The notes under the pieces: generated by a model
Database searches by the model: none
Told to the model about the DNA's origin: nothing
Seen by the model: only the letters and a program-made list of their open reading frames with translations
Assembly (NCBI GenBank): GCA_016218255.1
Contig: JACREN010000007.1
Coordinates: 1-62,971 of the forward strand
Length of the DNA stretch: 62,971 nt
Source: Candidatus Gottesmanbacteria bacterium
GTDB lineage: Bacteria; Patescibacteriota; Microgenomatia; UBA10105; UBA927
Direction: 5' to 3'
Shown: in pieces, positions 1-11,578 of the stretch
Position numbering within the stretch: the first letter of the stretch is position 1
How the letters are laid out: each line of letters opens with the position of its first letter
Program-made: the position numbers and the translations under genes

Positions 1-10
1 CATGCAGGTA

Positions 11-907
11 TTACAACTTCAAATATCTGCCAAGCGCAATCAGACTTCCGAGGCTGCCTAACAGTAAACCAGACAATAACATGCCCGCCAAAAATCCTCC
101 AGAGGACAACAGAAACGGCATTGATATCGCATTGACTAGTACCTCCTGAATAATCGGTATGACTCCCAGAAATGCGAGTAACGCCGGCCGAAGCCAAACA
201 ATAAGTGCCGTTATAATGAGCCAAGATCCGAAAGAGCCGATAAGACCATACAGTCCGCCCTCCAATATGAACGGCATACGGATGTACCACGGAGACGCGC
301 CAATAAGTCGCAAAATATCAATCTCATCCCGTCGAAGAGCAATTTTCATACTGATGACGGTCATAATAATGAGGATAGAATTAAACGTCAAAAGACCGGT
401 AAGGATCCCACCCACCCACCGAATTGCGTTGGTCCAGATAATCAGCGTATCCACAACATCTTTTTGATACACCACTTCTTCCACTCCTTGTGCATCTTTG
501 ATGAGTGGCTCCAAGTCTGCCAGAAATTTCGGATCAGTGGCGGAAATCTCAAGTGACGCCGGTAAAATATCCGCCGTTACCATTTCAAGAAGCAGCGGAT
601 CATTTTTATTCTGTTCACGGTATACAAGCAGAGCGTCATCTTTTGATACAAATTTTATCGACGACGTTTTTCCGGTTGCTTCAATTTTTTTTGTAAGGGC
701 ATCCGCATCTTCCTTTGTTGCTTTATCAGCAAAAAATACCGTAATCTGCGGCTTCCCTTCAAAATATTGAAGTATAAACGCAGACGCAACCACACTTAAG
801 AAAAAGATGCCCGTCAAAAGAAACGTCACAAACAGTGTCAGAATCGCTGCAGCAGCCTGATATGGCGATCTACGAATGTGTTGGGCAGTAGTAGTAAATG
901 CGCTCAT
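11..907 (-). CDS. ftsX: Cell division ABC permease FtsX
   Basis: N-terminal TM, extracellular loop, C-terminal TMs with EIDILRLIGASPWYIRMPFILEG motif; overlaps ftsE by 4 bp. Confidence 0.95.
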   Translation of the reverse strand: MSAFTTTAQHIRRSPYQAAAAILTLFVTFLLTGIFFLSVVASAFILQYFEGKPQITVFFADKATKEDADALTKKIEATGKTSSIKFVSKDDALLVYREQNKNDPLLLEMVTADILPASLEISATDPKFLADLEPLIKDAQGVEEVVYQKDVVDTLIIWTNAIRWVGGILTGLLTFNSILIIMTVISMKIALRRDEIDILRLIGASPWYIRMPFILEGGLYGLIGSFGSWLIITALIVWLRPALLAFLGVIPIIQEVLVNAISMPFLLSSGGFLAGMLLSGLLLGSLGSLIALGRYLKL

Positions 908-1605
908 GTTTTTTTACTATGCTTGGCAACTCGATACCGGCCGCTGACCTCATCACTTTCGACTTTCCCATGAAGCAAACTTATAGTTCTTTTTTTCATA
1001 TCATTTACCATCGATGCGTTATGTGTGGCCATAACGACTGTGGTTCCCATCTTATTAATTTCCGAGAGAATAGTAAAAATTTCCCAAGCAGTTTCCGGAT
1101 CCAAATTTCCTGTTGGTTCGTCTGCCAAAACAATACTTGGGCCCGCTACGATTGCTCGCGCAATACCAGTACGCTGCATTTCTCCGGCAGATAATTCTCT
1201 AGGAAAATACCGGTGCTTACCAGATAAACCGACCAACTCCAAGACATCTGCCACCCGAGTAACTATATCTTCATTTTTCTTGCCTGCTATTTCCAGCCCT
1301 AAGGAAACATTTTCAAAAACCGTACGATCCGTAAGAAGCTTGAAATCCTGAAACACAGTGCCAATCTTCCTCCTGAGCAAATGAACTTTTGAAGACGGCA
1401 TTGTATGAACATTCCAGTCATCGACATGAACATCGCCCTTCGTTGGAAGAATATCGCGGATAAGCAATCGAAGAAAAGTAGTTTTCCCAGCCCCCGAAGG
1501 ACCAATAAGAAAGACAAACTCACCATCCGGAATTTGGACAGTTATATCGGACAGGGCATCATTTTGCCCACTAAAACGCTTGGAAACATGGTCAAATCGA
1601 ATCAT
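904..1605 (-). CDS. ftsE: Cell division ATP-binding protein FtsE
   Basis: Walker A GPSGAGKT, LSAGEMQR signature, LADEPTGNLD; directly upstream of ftsX. Confidence 0.95.
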   Translation of the reverse strand: MIRFDHVSKRFSGQNDALSDITVQIPDGEFVFLIGPSGAGKTTFLRLLIRDILPTKGDVHVDDWNVHTMPSSKVHLLRRKIGTVFQDFKLLTDRTVFENVSLGLEIAGKKNEDIVTRVADVLELVGLSGKHRYFPRELSAGEMQRTGIARAIVAGPSIVLADEPTGNLDPETAWEIFTILSEINKMGTTVVMATHNASMVNDMKKRTISLLHGKVESDEVSGRYRVAKHSKKT

Positions 1606-2084
1606 TGCTGGATCTCAATCTTCCCCACATCCATAAGCCATGAGGCTTTCTCAGCTGCGAACGTCTGGCCCCAAACCTTTACTTTTTTTCCAATGTACTG
1701 ATCCAGATCAACAACCGATGATATAAGGAATGCCGTCTGAGATTCACCGCCTTCGCGCACCAATTTATGCGTTCCCTCACCATTCATACTCCCCTTTTCG
1801 ACCGTACCGGTGGCGGAATCTTTAAATGTTTTTTCGTCTGCAACCCCGGCAACTGTTCCCGTATTGATCATCTCCTGATTAGCATTACCTACAAGTTTCC
1901 CTCCGCCCCGGGAAAGAAGATATCCCGTACCGACCCCCAAAAGCACAAGAAGCCCATACACGCCCAGGACAACCAATCGGGCTACGGGAGTTTTGTCAGC
2001 GTGCACCGATGGCGTCTTCCCAAGCAAGTCGTTATTGGCTTGATTGATATCGATAGTCTCGTCTATCTTCATACTCTTTTCCAT
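1602..2084 (-). CDS. Hypothetical single-TM protein with small beta-rich C-terminal domain
   Basis: Hydrophobic stretch LVVLGVYGLLVLLGVGTGYLL; sits between prfB and ftsE with a 4-bp overlap. Confidence 0.75.
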   Translation of the reverse strand: MEKSMKIDETIDINQANNDLLGKTPSVHADKTPVARLVVLGVYGLLVLLGVGTGYLLSRGGGKLVGNANQEMINTGTVAGVADEKTFKDSATGTVEKGSMNGEGTHKLVREGGESQTAFLISSVVDLDQYIGKKVKVWGQTFAAEKASWLMDVGKIEIQQ

Positions 2085-2115
2085 ATATTTCCCCTCTCTG
2101 CCCTATTATCACCAT

Positions 2116-3126
2116 TTACGATAATTTTTTCAAGTACGCGATGATAAAATCCTCTATATCACCATCAAGGACTCTGTCGGTGTTCCCTGTCTCATACTGG
2201 GTTCGCACGTCTTTCACCATGTGATAAGGATGGAGAACATATGAACGAATCTGATTTCCCCATCCAGGCGTTTTGTAGGTGCCGCGCATAATCTTCTGCT
2301 CTTCCAGACGCTTCCGCTCTTCAAATTCCCACAGCTTTGCCCTCAATACTTTTAACGCATACTCTCTATTTTGCCCCTGATATCGCTGTGCCTGACTTGC
2401 AACGATAATGCCCGTCGGCTTATGTTTCAGACGAACAGCCGTAGAAACCTTATTAACATTTTGTCCTCCTTTGCCACCGCTTCGGTAAAAATCCCACTCC
2501 AGGTCATCTTCTTTTATCGGAATCTCCTCCGATTCTTCGACAACTGGAAGTACTTCCACCATTGCAAACGACGTTTGTCGTAGATTATCTGCGTTAAATG
2601 GTGACTGCCGAACCAAACGATGAACTCCTGCTTCTGCCTTCAAGAAGCCGTAGGCGTACCGGCCGCATACCTGAATCGTGACACTTTTGATGCCCGCTTC
2701 GTCTCCCGGTGTATAATCAATTTCTTCTTTCTCCCAGTCCTTTCGCTCTATGTATCTGCTGTACATTCTGTACAACATAGCAGACCAATCCATGGCTTCC
2801 GTTCCACCCTGTCCTGCATGGATAGCAAAAATAGCATCACTTTCATCGTATTGACCACCCAAATATAATGCAAATTCAAAACGATCCAATTCTTTTGCTA
2901 ACGCTTCTTCCTTCCCTTCCGCACCCAATAGCTCCAACATCTCTCCATCTCCCAATTCCTTCATAAGACCTGAAAGCTGTTTCATTTTAGCTGTTGCCCT
3001 CTGAGTATCCTTCCAGAAATCCGGATGAGAACTCTCAGCTTCTAATTCCCTTATCTGACGACGTTTCCCATCAAGATCAAGTTTGGAAAGAACTTGCGCT
3101 AATCTAGTATTCAGCTCGTCCTGCAT
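2116..3126 (-). CDS. prfB: Peptide chain release factor 2, with no frameshift
   Basis: SPF anticodon-mimic (LVRQSPF) and GGQ motif; start moved to MQDEL at 3126 to avoid overlapping the ZIP gene. Confidence 0.95.
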   Translation of the reverse strand: MQDELNTRLAQVLSKLDLDGKRRQIRELEAESSHPDFWKDTQRATAKMKQLSGLMKELGDGEMLELLGAEGKEEALAKELDRFEFALYLGGQYDESDAIFAIHAGQGGTEAMDWSAMLYRMYSRYIERKDWEKEEIDYTPGDEAGIKSVTIQVCGRYAYGFLKAEAGVHRLVRQSPFNADNLRQTSFAMVEVLPVVEESEEIPIKEDDLEWDFYRSGGKGGQNVNKVSTAVRLKHKPTGIIVASQAQRYQGQNREYALKVLRAKLWEFEERKRLEEQKIMRGTYKTPGWGNQIRSYVLHPYHMVKDVRTQYETGNTDRVLDGDIEDFIIAYLKKLS

Positions 3127-3133
3127 ATATTCT

Positions 3134-3871
3134 CTACCCCACAACCAACATAGTAAGTATACGCATCAAAAGAACTCCGATAATAATACACACAGTCTCT
3201 GCAATCGACGTCACCGGACCATGTTTTTTGTGCAATTCCGGTATTAGATCACTCGATGCTATATACAAAAAATTCCCTGCAGCAAACCCCACAAGGTACG
3301 GCGCAAGATGCACGACTGGTGCGGAAAAAACAAACACCACCAATGTGCCGGCTATAGCAGTAAGTGCGGACAAAAAATTAAACCATAGCGCTTTCGAATT
3401 ACTCAATCCACCATAGATAAGTATGAAGAAATCACCCAATTCGTGCGGTATCTCATGCGCAATTACGGCAAGCGTCGTAGTAATGCCCAACGGAACACTG
3501 GTTAAAAATGCCACAGCTATAATCGTACCATCTAAAAAATTATGGACGCTGTCTCCAACAAGACTCAAATATGCCACTGGTTTTTCAGTCTGATATTCGC
3601 CAACTTCGTGATGCCAATGAATAAATTTTTCCAAAGCAAAAAAAGAAATAATCCCAGTAATAACCGAAATATATGCCGCATCACCGATTTTCGCATAGGA
3701 TTCAGGAATGAGATCAAAAAACACCGCACCCAAAAGAATACCGGATGACAATGAGAGTGTATAAGTAATAAGCGCCTTAAATGTGTGGCGTTTCAAAACC
3801 AAAAACACCGCTCCCAATAGAGATAAAAGACTCACAGTCAGCACAGATAAAAAAGCATACAAAAATATCAT
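3134..3871 (-). CDS. ZIP family divalent metal transporter
   Basis: Multiple TMs, HWHH loop, HNFLDG and HEIPHELGD motifs. Confidence 0.92.
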   Translation of the reverse strand: MIFLYAFLSVLTVSLLSLLGAVFLVLKRHTFKALITYTLSLSSGILLGAVFFDLIPESYAKIGDAAYISVITGIISFFALEKFIHWHHEVGEYQTEKPVAYLSLVGDSVHNFLDGTIIAVAFLTSVPLGITTTLAVIAHEIPHELGDFFILIYGGLSNSKALWFNFLSALTAIAGTLVVFVFSAPVVHLAPYLVGFAAGNFLYIASSDLIPELHKKHGPVTSIAETVCIIIGVLLMRILTMLVVG

Positions 3872-3891
3872 AGAATTACGAGTATACCAGA

Positions 3892-4260
3892 TTATGGCCT
3901 ACACACGGCATCCTGAATCTGTTTTTTTTGTTCCGTCGGCATCTGGTCTATCTGCCGGACCAACTGCTCAAAAACCTGCCTGGTAACGATTTCTTGAGAT
4001 CCCTTTTCAATCGTTGTAATAATATTTGTCACGACGGCGGAAGCCGCGGATGAAACATTTACTGGCTTCACTGATAGGTCATCGGCAACTCCCAATATTT
4101 CTGCAACATTTTTTCCTGCAGACGTCTGTACCACTACGTCCCGGACTTCCTGAAGAGGCTTGGGCCGAGAATTCACTGTAATTTTCGGCCACAATAAACT
4201 ACCTGCGATTATGGTAATACCAGCAGCCAAAAAAGCAAAAATAAAGTGTACAGCTCCCAT
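3892..4260 (-). CDS. Hypothetical membrane-anchored protein
   Basis: N-terminal hydrophobic helix; start set to MGAVH at 4260, downstream of the TATACT at 4274-4279. Confidence 0.7.
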   Translation of the reverse strand: MGAVHFIFAFLAAGITIIAGSLLWPKITVNSRPKPLQEVRDVVVQTSAGKNVAEILGVADDLSVKPVNVSSAASAVVTNIITTIEKGSQEIVTRQVFEQLVRQIDQMPTEQKKQIQDAVCRP

Positions 4261-4293
4261 ATTTCCTTCTTTTAGTATACTATACAAAGCACC

Positions 4294-4779
4294 ATGATCA
4301 TCATTGGCATTGATCCGGGAGTTGCAAGAGTGGGTTGGGGTATTATCGAGGAATCAAAAGGCACCCAAAAATCCCTAGCCTATTCCTGTATAACGACCGA
4401 TAAATCCGATCCGCTGCCTGACCGCTTGCTGCAGATTCATGCAAAGCTTCAACAGCTGCTCATTAGGTACCGTCCTGATTGCGTAGCGGTTGAAGATCTT
4501 TTTTTTGCGACAAATGCAAAAACAGCAATAGCAGTGGGTCAGGCAAGAGGCGTCATTTTACTTGCTTGTGTGCAGGCAAAAGTTCCCGTAGTATCATATA
4601 CGCCGCTGGGAGTAAAATTAGCTATTACTGGAAGCGGGAAAGCGGAAAAACAACAAATGCAGCGCATGGTCACCCGTATTTTGCATTTGACAAAAATCCC
4701 GACCCCAGACGACACAGCAGATGCTTTGGCGATAGCACTGACACACGCATATTCGTATAAAATGAAAGGGAAACAATGA
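4294..4779 (+). CDS. ruvC: Holliday junction resolvase RuvC
   Basis: IIGIDPG, VAVEDLFF and PDDTADALAIA motifs. Confidence 0.97.
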   Translation: MIIIGIDPGVARVGWGIIEESKGTQKSLAYSCITTDKSDPLPDRLLQIHAKLQQLLIRYRPDCVAVEDLFFATNAKTAIAVGQARGVILLACVQAKVPVVSYTPLGVKLAITGSGKAEKQQMQRMVTRILHLTKIPTPDDTADALAIALTHAYSYKMKGKQ

Positions 4780-5354
4780 TAGGCATGCTCACCGGAACCA
4801 TAGTTCAGACAGCGCACAACCCCGTAATCGTTGACATTCATGGGGTAGGATATGCCGTTCATGTACCACATCAAACAGCCGCGCAACTGCACCCAGGGAC
4901 AGAGAACACATTCTTTATCCATACCCACGTCTCAGACGATACTCTGGATTTATATGGATTTCTCACACAGGACGAATTAAATCTATTCAAGCTACTCTTA
5001 ACTGTTTCCGGCATCGGCCCACGCACGGCCACACTGATCATGGACCGAAGCGCATCTGCTATACAAACAGCGATTATGACATCGGATGTAAATTTTTTTA
5101 CCACAATTCCGCGTTTGGGACGAAAAAATGCACAAAAAATAATTATTGACCTAAAAAGCAAACTCGGCAGCATCAAGGACCTAGACCTTACTGACGATTC
5201 TGAAGGGGAAACAAAACAACTGCTTGATGCACTCCTGTCCATGGGGTTTGCGCGGAGCGAAATTATTAGCGTCATCAAGAAACTCGACAAAACAGATATA
5301 ACAATGGAGCAAAAGATCCGTCATTCTCTCAAAAACCTGGGAAAATCCAGATAA
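4776..5354 (+). CDS. ruvA: Holliday junction branch migration protein RuvA
   Basis: LYGF, HhH motifs VSGIGP and [13 protein letters not shown]; lies between ruvC and ruvB. Confidence 0.97.
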   Translation: MIGMLTGTIVQTAHNPVIVDIHGVGYAVHVPHQTAAQLHPGTENTFFIHTHVSDDTLDLYGFLTQDELNLFKLLLTVSGIGPRTATLIMDRSASAIQTAIMTSDVNFFTTIPRLGRKNAQKIIIDLKSKLGSIKDLDLTDDSEGETKQLLDALLSMGFARSEIISVIKKLDKTDITMEQKIRHSLKNLGKSR

Positions 5355-5358
5355 TCAT

Positions 5359-6402
5359 ATGGCAAAACAAGCAGTAAAGGAACCCAAGGATCCGATACAG
5401 GAGGCACTCACACCCGAAGAGGAAAAACTATTTACTTCACTCCGTGCCCAAAGCTGGAAAGAGTTTCAGGGACAGGAATCCGTGAAAGAAACGCTCCGAA
5501 TAGCGATCGCAGCTGCCAAAAAACGCAAGGAGTCACTGGAACATATACTTCTTTATGGTCCGCCCGGACTTGGAAAAACCACACTTGCCCATATCATCGG
5601 CAAAGAAATGAATGCGAATGTCCGCGTCACATCAGGGCCAGCTCTCGAACGTGCAGGCGATGTGGCGTCAATCCTCACAAATCTAGAACCCGGAGATATC
5701 TTATTTATCGATGAAATCCATAGACTGAATAAGGTTGTGGAAGAGACATTGTATCCTGCTATGGAAGATTACGCGCTGGATATCGTCATCGGCAAAGGCC
5801 CATCTGCACGGACACTGCGTCTGGATCTTCCGCAATTCACTATAGTCGGTGCGACCACCAGAATAGGGCTCCTGTCTTCTCCAATACGCGACCGCTTCGG
5901 TGTTGTATCCCGCCTTTCATTTTACACGCCTGCAGATTTGCAGCATATTCTCGAAAAAGCTGCGCAAAAACTAGTAATCACGATCCATGAAGGGCCAAAG
6001 AAAGAACTTGCCAAACGAAGCCGCGGCACACCCCGCATTGCACTCCGTCTTCTCAAGCGTGTACGGGATGTAGCACAGGTAGAGGGCGATGGAAGCATCA
6101 CGGATGATATATTGAACCGTTCGCTCAGCATGCTTGAAGTCGACGATATGGGACTGGATGCTTCAGACCGTAGATTCTTGACAACAATTATCGATAAATT
6201 TAATGGTGGACCAGTAGGCATAGAAACTGTCGCTGCAGCATTATCAGAAGATATCGGCACAGTCGAAGACGTACTCGAGCCATACATTATGCAAATCGGA
6301 TTTCTTAAACGCACACCCCGCGGACGCATTGCCACAGCGCAAGCATTTAAACACCTTGGAAAACCCATACCGAAAAAATTACAGGAAGAATTATTTACTT
6401 AA
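5359..6402 (+). CDS. ruvB: Holliday junction helicase RuvB
   Basis: [25 protein letters not shown] and RTPRGR motifs. Confidence 0.98.
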   Translation: MAKQAVKEPKDPIQEALTPEEEKLFTSLRAQSWKEFQGQESVKETLRIAIAAAKKRKESLEHILLYGPPGLGKTTLAHIIGKEMNANVRVTSGPALERAGDVASILTNLEPGDILFIDEIHRLNKVVEETLYPAMEDYALDIVIGKGPSARTLRLDLPQFTIVGATTRIGLLSSPIRDRFGVVSRLSFYTPADLQHILEKAAQKLVITIHEGPKKELAKRSRGTPRIALRLLKRVRDVAQVEGDGSITDDILNRSLSMLEVDDMGLDASDRRFLTTIIDKFNGGPVGIETVAAALSEDIGTVEDVLEPYIMQIGFLKRTPRGRIATAQAFKHLGKPIPKKLQEELFT

Positions 6403-7201
6403 GAGCATCTGCTACGGCAGATTCCATATCTTTCCAACTATACGCACCAGCAAAATTTGTCGCATTTATGAAAAATCCTGGAGTCCCCCGGACACCCACT
6501 CCAGTCGCAAGCTTGGAGTCTTCGGCGGTGCGTCCATCAAACTTTCCACTGTCCAAGCACTTCTTCATTTGCTCCTGTGAAAATACTGATTTCAAAAAAT
6601 CTGCAAGTTCACCTGACTTCGTTTTATCGTTCTTAACGACATTATTTATGATGGCATATCCTGAGCTCGACATAAGAAGATCATGTACTTCCCAAAATTT
6701 TCCTTTTTCATTTGCACAATAAAGGGCTTTTGTTCCCATCTCGCCATTCCCGTGGCCATTTGTATACACGTACGCAAACGCAGCTTTACCGCTTTCAACT
6801 AATTTTTTCATCTCCGGAACTGGGGCCACATAGGTGCCCCCATCAGCTACCAGGGTAAACCGATCACCCATTTGTTTATTTAATTCCCCATTTTTACCAG
6901 CCGCTACATGACAATAGGGACAACTAGGATCAGCCACCTCAATGAACACGAGTTTTTTATTCACATCACCAAATTTTATGACAGCCTGTGAAAAAACATT
7001 CTTTACCAAATCCAAAGAAAGAGCGGGTGCCGATGGTGCTGCCGGTGCCTGCTGTTGAGCTATAGAAGGGGCTGCCGGAATCTGAGCCTCACTTGCTCTT
7101 TCAAGATACTTCACTTTCGTAAATAAGGAACCGATAATGAATGCCGCAATAACGAGTAGACTCACTAAAACTACCTGAATTTGGGTTGACCGCTCTTTCA
7201 T
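6395..7201 (-). CDS. DsbA-like thioredoxin-fold protein, membrane anchored
   Basis: CPYC active site, [11 protein letters not shown] cis-Pro loop, N-terminal TM; start set to MKERS at 7201 from the TACAAT at 7214-7219. Confidence 0.85.
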   Translation of the reverse strand: MKERSTQIQVVLVSLLVIAAFIIGSLFTKVKYLERASEAQIPAAPSIAQQQAPAAPSAPALSLDLVKNVFSQAVIKFGDVNKKLVFIEVADPSCPYCHVAAGKNGELNKQMGDRFTLVADGGTYVAPVPEMKKLVESGKAAFAYVYTNGHGNGEMGTKALYCANEKGKFWEVHDLLMSSSGYAIINNVVKNDKTKSGELADFLKSVFSQEQMKKCLDSGKFDGRTAEDSKLATGVGVRGTPGFFINATNFAGAYSWKDMESAVADALK

Positions 7202-7255
7202 AGAAGTTTCCATATTGTAATCAAACACGCATTTCTCTGACAAGGGATCAAAACA

Positions 7256-7612
7256 TCACTCATGCACCACGCCAATCACAAGGTAAAGTACCGGCTGAGC
7301 TCCTAAATTTATCATACTATGAAACGATGTACTTGGAATCACAAACGTATCCCCACGGGTAACGGAATATTTTCCATTGTCTATCTTCATTTGCGCGGTC
7401 CCTTCAAGGATAACACATATTTCCGTCATATTTTCATGCCTGTGCAAGCGGAAAGATTTGCCCGGCGGGATCGTGGCCCAGTTCACCATCTGAATTCTTC
7501 CCACTGGAATATCATCTCTCCGAAGGAGAACTTGTTTGAGCACACCCGGATCCCTCGGATCTTCGTGAGAAGCCGGAACTTTTGGGATATCAGCAACGTG
7601 AATAATATTCAT
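7256..7612 (-). CDS. Cupin domain protein
   Basis: HRHENMTE...G and GD...IP...H cupin motifs. Confidence 0.88.
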   Translation of the reverse strand: MNIIHVADIPKVPASHEDPRDPGVLKQVLLRRDDIPVGRIQMVNWATIPPGKSFRLHRHENMTEICVILEGTAQMKIDNGKYSVTRGDTFVIPSTSFHSMINLGAQPVLYLVIGVVHE

Positions 7613-7643
7613 AGCAAATACTGTATGATGATATCATACTGCT

Positions 7644-8540
7644 ATGTCGACAAAACTGATACTTGATACATCGGCACTTCATAAAGCCCTCACCCGCCAC
7701 GCAGAAATTTCGGAACAGAAACTCAAAAAGCACCATCCCAAAGCAGTATCTATCCTAGAAAAAGCAGGGGTTAAACCGGGAAAAATCCGCGATCACGCGG
7801 CAAAACTCGCTGCCACAAGCGCTATGGCCGCAGCGCTCTTATTTGCCCAACCGGTGGCCCAACGGGTATTTTCTTCCGCATCAGCAAAATACGCATCGCT
7901 CCCAGTTGACCAACTGCAAAAACTGTTTACTCAACAGCTCAACGCCATCCTCCCGGAATCCATGACTCCACTGACAAACGAACAGGAACAAAAAATTAGC
8001 TCTCTGATCAAGGACATGTGGGGAATCACCGCGACCGCTTCCCTACAAAATGAACGCCTCAACCGAAGCTACGGATTTATCGGTGCCGAACAGCACCTGC
8101 CACGTTTCCCTGGTGACAGCATAGACCAACACGGCGAACCGCGGCGCGAAGGCATCACCCCCGGGCTTGGCGCATGGGGATATTTTGCCCCATCCAAAGA
8201 CCAGCTCACCCAAGACCTCATCGAAAAAGAAAAATGGTATGTGGCAGTACAGACGCTCTATCTACCGGACTGGAATACGAGGTTTCGCTACCTGCGGGAT
8301 TGGTATCAGTACCGCAAAGTCTTAGTAGTTAACCCCATCAATGGGAAAACCGTGGTTGCGGACGTTGCCGATGCAGGCCCGGCTGACTGGACCGGCAAGC
8401 ATTTCGGCGGATCGCCCGAAGTCATGGCGTATCTTGGTCTCAACGTGGGCATGCAAAAAGGCCCGGTTATATTACTATTCGTTGACGAATCAAATAACCC
8501 GGTCCCGCTGGGGCCCGTGGAGTATAATGGGAATAAATAA
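7644..8540 (+). CDS. Putative exported protein with C-terminal RlpA/DPBB-like domain
   Basis: KVLVVNPINGKTVVADVADAGP...SPEVMAYLG resembles the RlpA double-psi beta-barrel; hydrophobic segment at about aa 55-70. Confidence 0.6.
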   Translation: MSTKLILDTSALHKALTRHAEISEQKLKKHHPKAVSILEKAGVKPGKIRDHAAKLAATSAMAAALLFAQPVAQRVFSSASAKYASLPVDQLQKLFTQQLNAILPESMTPLTNEQEQKISSLIKDMWGITATASLQNERLNRSYGFIGAEQHLPRFPGDSIDQHGEPRREGITPGLGAWGYFAPSKDQLTQDLIEKEKWYVAVQTLYLPDWNTRFRYLRDWYQYRKVLVVNPINGKTVVADVADAGPADWTGKHFGGSPEVMAYLGLNVGMQKGPVILLFVDESNNPVPLGPVEYNGNK

Positions 8541-8541
8541 T

Positions 8542-8877
8542 ATGGCAAAAATTTTTTACGATCATCTCATCATCATCGAAGAAGTTGTCGCTGTATTGGA
8601 CGAACATAATCTTCCAAACGATAAAAGAGTGGAATTACTAAAGCTTATTGACCAAACGCTGCATCACGAAATTCTTGACGTTATACTCACGCATTTACCA
8701 AAAGAAAAACATGAAATGTTTCTAACTAAATTTCACAATACTCCTCACGACCCTGCTCTCATGAATATGCTGAAAGATCACATCGAGATAGATATTGAAA
8801 AAGTGATATTAAAACGCGCAAATACTACCAAAGGAAAACTGACGAAATCTATCCGCCGTCACGCGGTAGCCGGGTAA
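8542..8877 (+). CDS. Hypothetical helical protein (111 aa)
   Basis: ATG 1 nt after the upstream stop (MAKIFYDH); the longer track ORF overlaps the upstream gene. Confidence 0.75.
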   Translation: MAKIFYDHLIIIEEVVAVLDEHNLPNDKRVELLKLIDQTLHHEILDVILTHLPKEKHEMFLTKFHNTPHDPALMNMLKDHIEIDIEKVILKRANTTKGKLTKSIRRHAVAG

Positions 8878-11552
8878 TGGCACTTCTTCCACTTTTTCCC
8901 GGATCCGCACCAGCATAGATCGTTGCGTCCTAATTTCTGTTTGGACTTCAATTCATGATGACTTACAGAGGATGCAGGCGCATTCGTCCGCATACGTTTT
9001 ACTGCTTGAGCAATCGGTGTTATCGGAAGCGCTGACGATTGCGAGCTGACATCTGTGGGTGCCATCTGAACCTGCACTTTAAAAATCCGGTGGACGATCT
9101 CGCTGTCAATCCCGACCATGAGCCGCTCAAACATAGAAAACGCCTCGTTTTTATACTCTACGAGCGGATCCCGCTGACCATATCCGCGAAGCCCTATGCC
9201 CTCGCGGAGGTCATCGATCGCATCCAAATGATCCATCCAGAGACTGTCAATCACAGAAAGACTAACCCACCGTTCAACCTGTCCCATTACTTCCGACGTC
9301 ACCTGTTTTTCTCTCGTCTCATACATATCTACCGAAAGTTTGACTAAAAAATCAATTAGATCGCCAGATGAATGCATCTGTTCCAATTGGACAAAAAGCT
9401 GCTTACCAGATGCTTCATCAAACGGAATAATGGACACAAATTCATTGACAATCTTTTCTCTGTCAAAAACGCTGTCCTTTTCCGATGCATACATGGAAAC
9501 GACATTGGATATTTCTGTCGAAATGTTTGCAAGAATTGTTTCTTTCTGCCGCTCCCCTTCCAATATCTTTCTTCGTTTTTTGTAAACAATTTCGCGCTGT
9601 CTCGTAAGCACATCATCATACTCAACCAAATGTTTACGGGAATCAAAATGAAAACCTTCCACTTTTACCTGCGCCTGTTGTATAGCCCGAGAAACCATAG
9701 CATGCTCCAGTGGAACATCTTCGGGAAGTTTAAAAACAGTCATAAGCCTTGCTACCTGATCGCCGCCGAAAAGCCGCATGATATCATCTTCCAGAGATAC
9801 GAAAAATCTACTGGTACCCGGATCTCCCTGGCGACCAGACCGGCCGCGCAATTGATTGTCTATCCGGCGGCTTTCATGCCGCTCCGTACCGATCACATGA
9901 ATTCCTCCTGCTGCCACTACCTCATCATGACTCTTCTGCCACTGCTTCATGTATTGCTCCCATTCTTTTTCATTTTCCATTTCCCATTTTTCTTTCTTGG
10001 ATCCGCCCAATATAATATCGACGCCTCTTCCTGCCATGTTTGTAGCAACCGTCACCGCACCCTTTTTCCCTGCCTCTGCGATAATCATGGCTTCTTTCAA
10101 ATGATTTTTGGCGTTGAGAATCTGGTGTGGAATGCCTTTACGCGTCAGATAATCACCGATGATTTCATTTTTCTCAATCGACGTGGTACCCACCAGCACC
10201 GGCTGACCGCGCTTATAGCAGTCGATAATATCCGCCACCACTGCCGCGTATTTTGCCCTGGGCGTTTTATACACGCTGTCGGCAAAGTCCTTGCGCACCA
10301 TAGGCCGATGCGTCGGTATAATAACCACATCCAAGTTATAAATCTTTTTGAATTCTTCTGCTTCCGTCGAAGCAGTACCCGTCATGCCTGCAAGCTTCTG
10401 ATACATGCGGAAATAATTCTGCAACGAAACAGTTGCCAAAGTTTTACTTTCCTGCTGTATTGCGACACCCTCCTTTGCCTCAATAGCCTGATGGATACCC
10501 TCACTAAAGCGTCGCCCAGTGAGAAGTCTACCGGTAAACTCATCGACAATCACGACCTGATTATCTTTTACGATGTAATCCTTATCTCTATGAAATAATG
10601 CTTTTGCCTTGAGCGCCGCTTCTATATGATGCACGGTCTCAAAATTAGTTTCGTAAATATTTCCTAATCCGAGCATCTTTTCGATCTTCAGTATTCCGTG
10701 ATCGGTCAAGTGAGCAGTACGTAATTTTTCATCTATCACAAAATCCATTCCAGCCCCTAGCCGTTCAACCAGTTTCGCATAGTCATAATACGCATGCGTG
10801 GCTTCTGTATCCGGAGCCGAGATAATGTGCGGCGTCCGCGCCTCATCTATGAGAATCGAATCAACCTCATCAATTACGGCAAAATAGTACTCGCGCTGAA
10901 CAAGCTGAGACATATCCGACGCCATGTTGTCTCGCAGATAATCAAATCCAAATTCAGAATTAATGCCATAAGTAATATCTGCACCATAAGCTTCTTTCCG
11001 TGATACCGGCCGCAGATGCCGAAGTCTCCAGTCCGTCGCGGTCTCATCAATATATTCAGTATCATACAAAAATGACTGATCGCTGATAATCGCTGAAACG
11101 GAAACACCGAGTAAATGGTATATCTGTCCCATCCATCCTGCATCACGACGCGCCAAGTAATCGTTTACCGTCACAAGGTGAACACCGCGTCCCGTGAGTG
11201 CATTGAGATAAAGCGCTGGGGTAGCCGAAAGCGTTTTTCCTTCTCCTGTTTTCTGTTCTGCTATTTTCCCTCTATGAAGCGCCACAGCAGCTATTAGCTG
11301 TTCATCAAAATGTCGCTCGCCGATAGTACGAGACGCTGCCTCACGAACCAACGCGAATGCTTCGGGAAGCAAATCATCAAGAATTGATCCGGATTTCAAC
11401 CGCGCCTTCAACTCTGCGGTTTTTTTCACAAAATCAGCGTCCTTGAGCTTTCGCATAGAACTTTCAACACCAGCGATACTAACCACAATCGAACGGATTC
11501 TATTGATTTCTTTTTCGTTGCTGTCAAGAAGTCTACCGAGGAATTTGAGCAT
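8859..11552 (-). CDS. secA: Preprotein translocase ATPase SecA
   Basis: KTGEGKT, DEVDSILIDEARTP, ATNMAGRGVDI and SEC-C motif CWCGSGKKWKKCH. Confidence 0.99.
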   Translation of the reverse strand: MLKFLGRLLDSNEKEINRIRSIVVSIAGVESSMRKLKDADFVKKTAELKARLKSGSILDDLLPEAFALVREAASRTIGERHFDEQLIAAVALHRGKIAEQKTGEGKTLSATPALYLNALTGRGVHLVTVNDYLARRDAGWMGQIYHLLGVSVSAIISDQSFLYDTEYIDETATDWRLRHLRPVSRKEAYGADITYGINSEFGFDYLRDNMASDMSQLVQREYYFAVIDEVDSILIDEARTPHIISAPDTEATHAYYDYAKLVERLGAGMDFVIDEKLRTAHLTDHGILKIEKMLGLGNIYETNFETVHHIEAALKAKALFHRDKDYIVKDNQVVIVDEFTGRLLTGRRFSEGIHQAIEAKEGVAIQQESKTLATVSLQNYFRMYQKLAGMTGTASTEAEEFKKIYNLDVVIIPTHRPMVRKDFADSVYKTPRAKYAAVVADIIDCYKRGQPVLVGTTSIEKNEIIGDYLTRKGIPHQILNAKNHLKEAMIIAEAGKKGAVTVATNMAGRGVDIILGGSKKEKWEMENEKEWEQYMKQWQKSHDEVVAAGGIHVIGTERHESRRIDNQLRGRSGRQGDPGTSRFFVSLEDDIMRLFGGDQVARLMTVFKLPEDVPLEHAMVSRAIQQAQVKVEGFHFDSRKHLVEYDDVLTRQREIVYKKRRKILEGERQKETILANISTEISNVVSMYASEKDSVFDREKIVNEFVSIIPFDEASGKQLFVQLEQMHSSGDLIDFLVKLSVDMYETREKQVTSEVMGQVERWVSLSVIDSLWMDHLDAIDDLREGIGLRGYGQRDPLVEYKNEAFSMFERLMVGIDSEIVHRIFKVQVQMAPTDVSSQSSALPITPIAQAVKRMRTNAPASSVSHHELKSKQKLGRNDLCWCGSGKKWKKCHYPATA

Positions 11553-11578
11553 GCAATCATTGTATCACAGGATGCGCA

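Noticed and set aside
9372-10598. 408-aa plus-strand ORF
   Set aside because: Lies wholly antisense to secA with no motifs; a shadow of secA codon structure. The same applies to the other ORFs nested opposite known genes.
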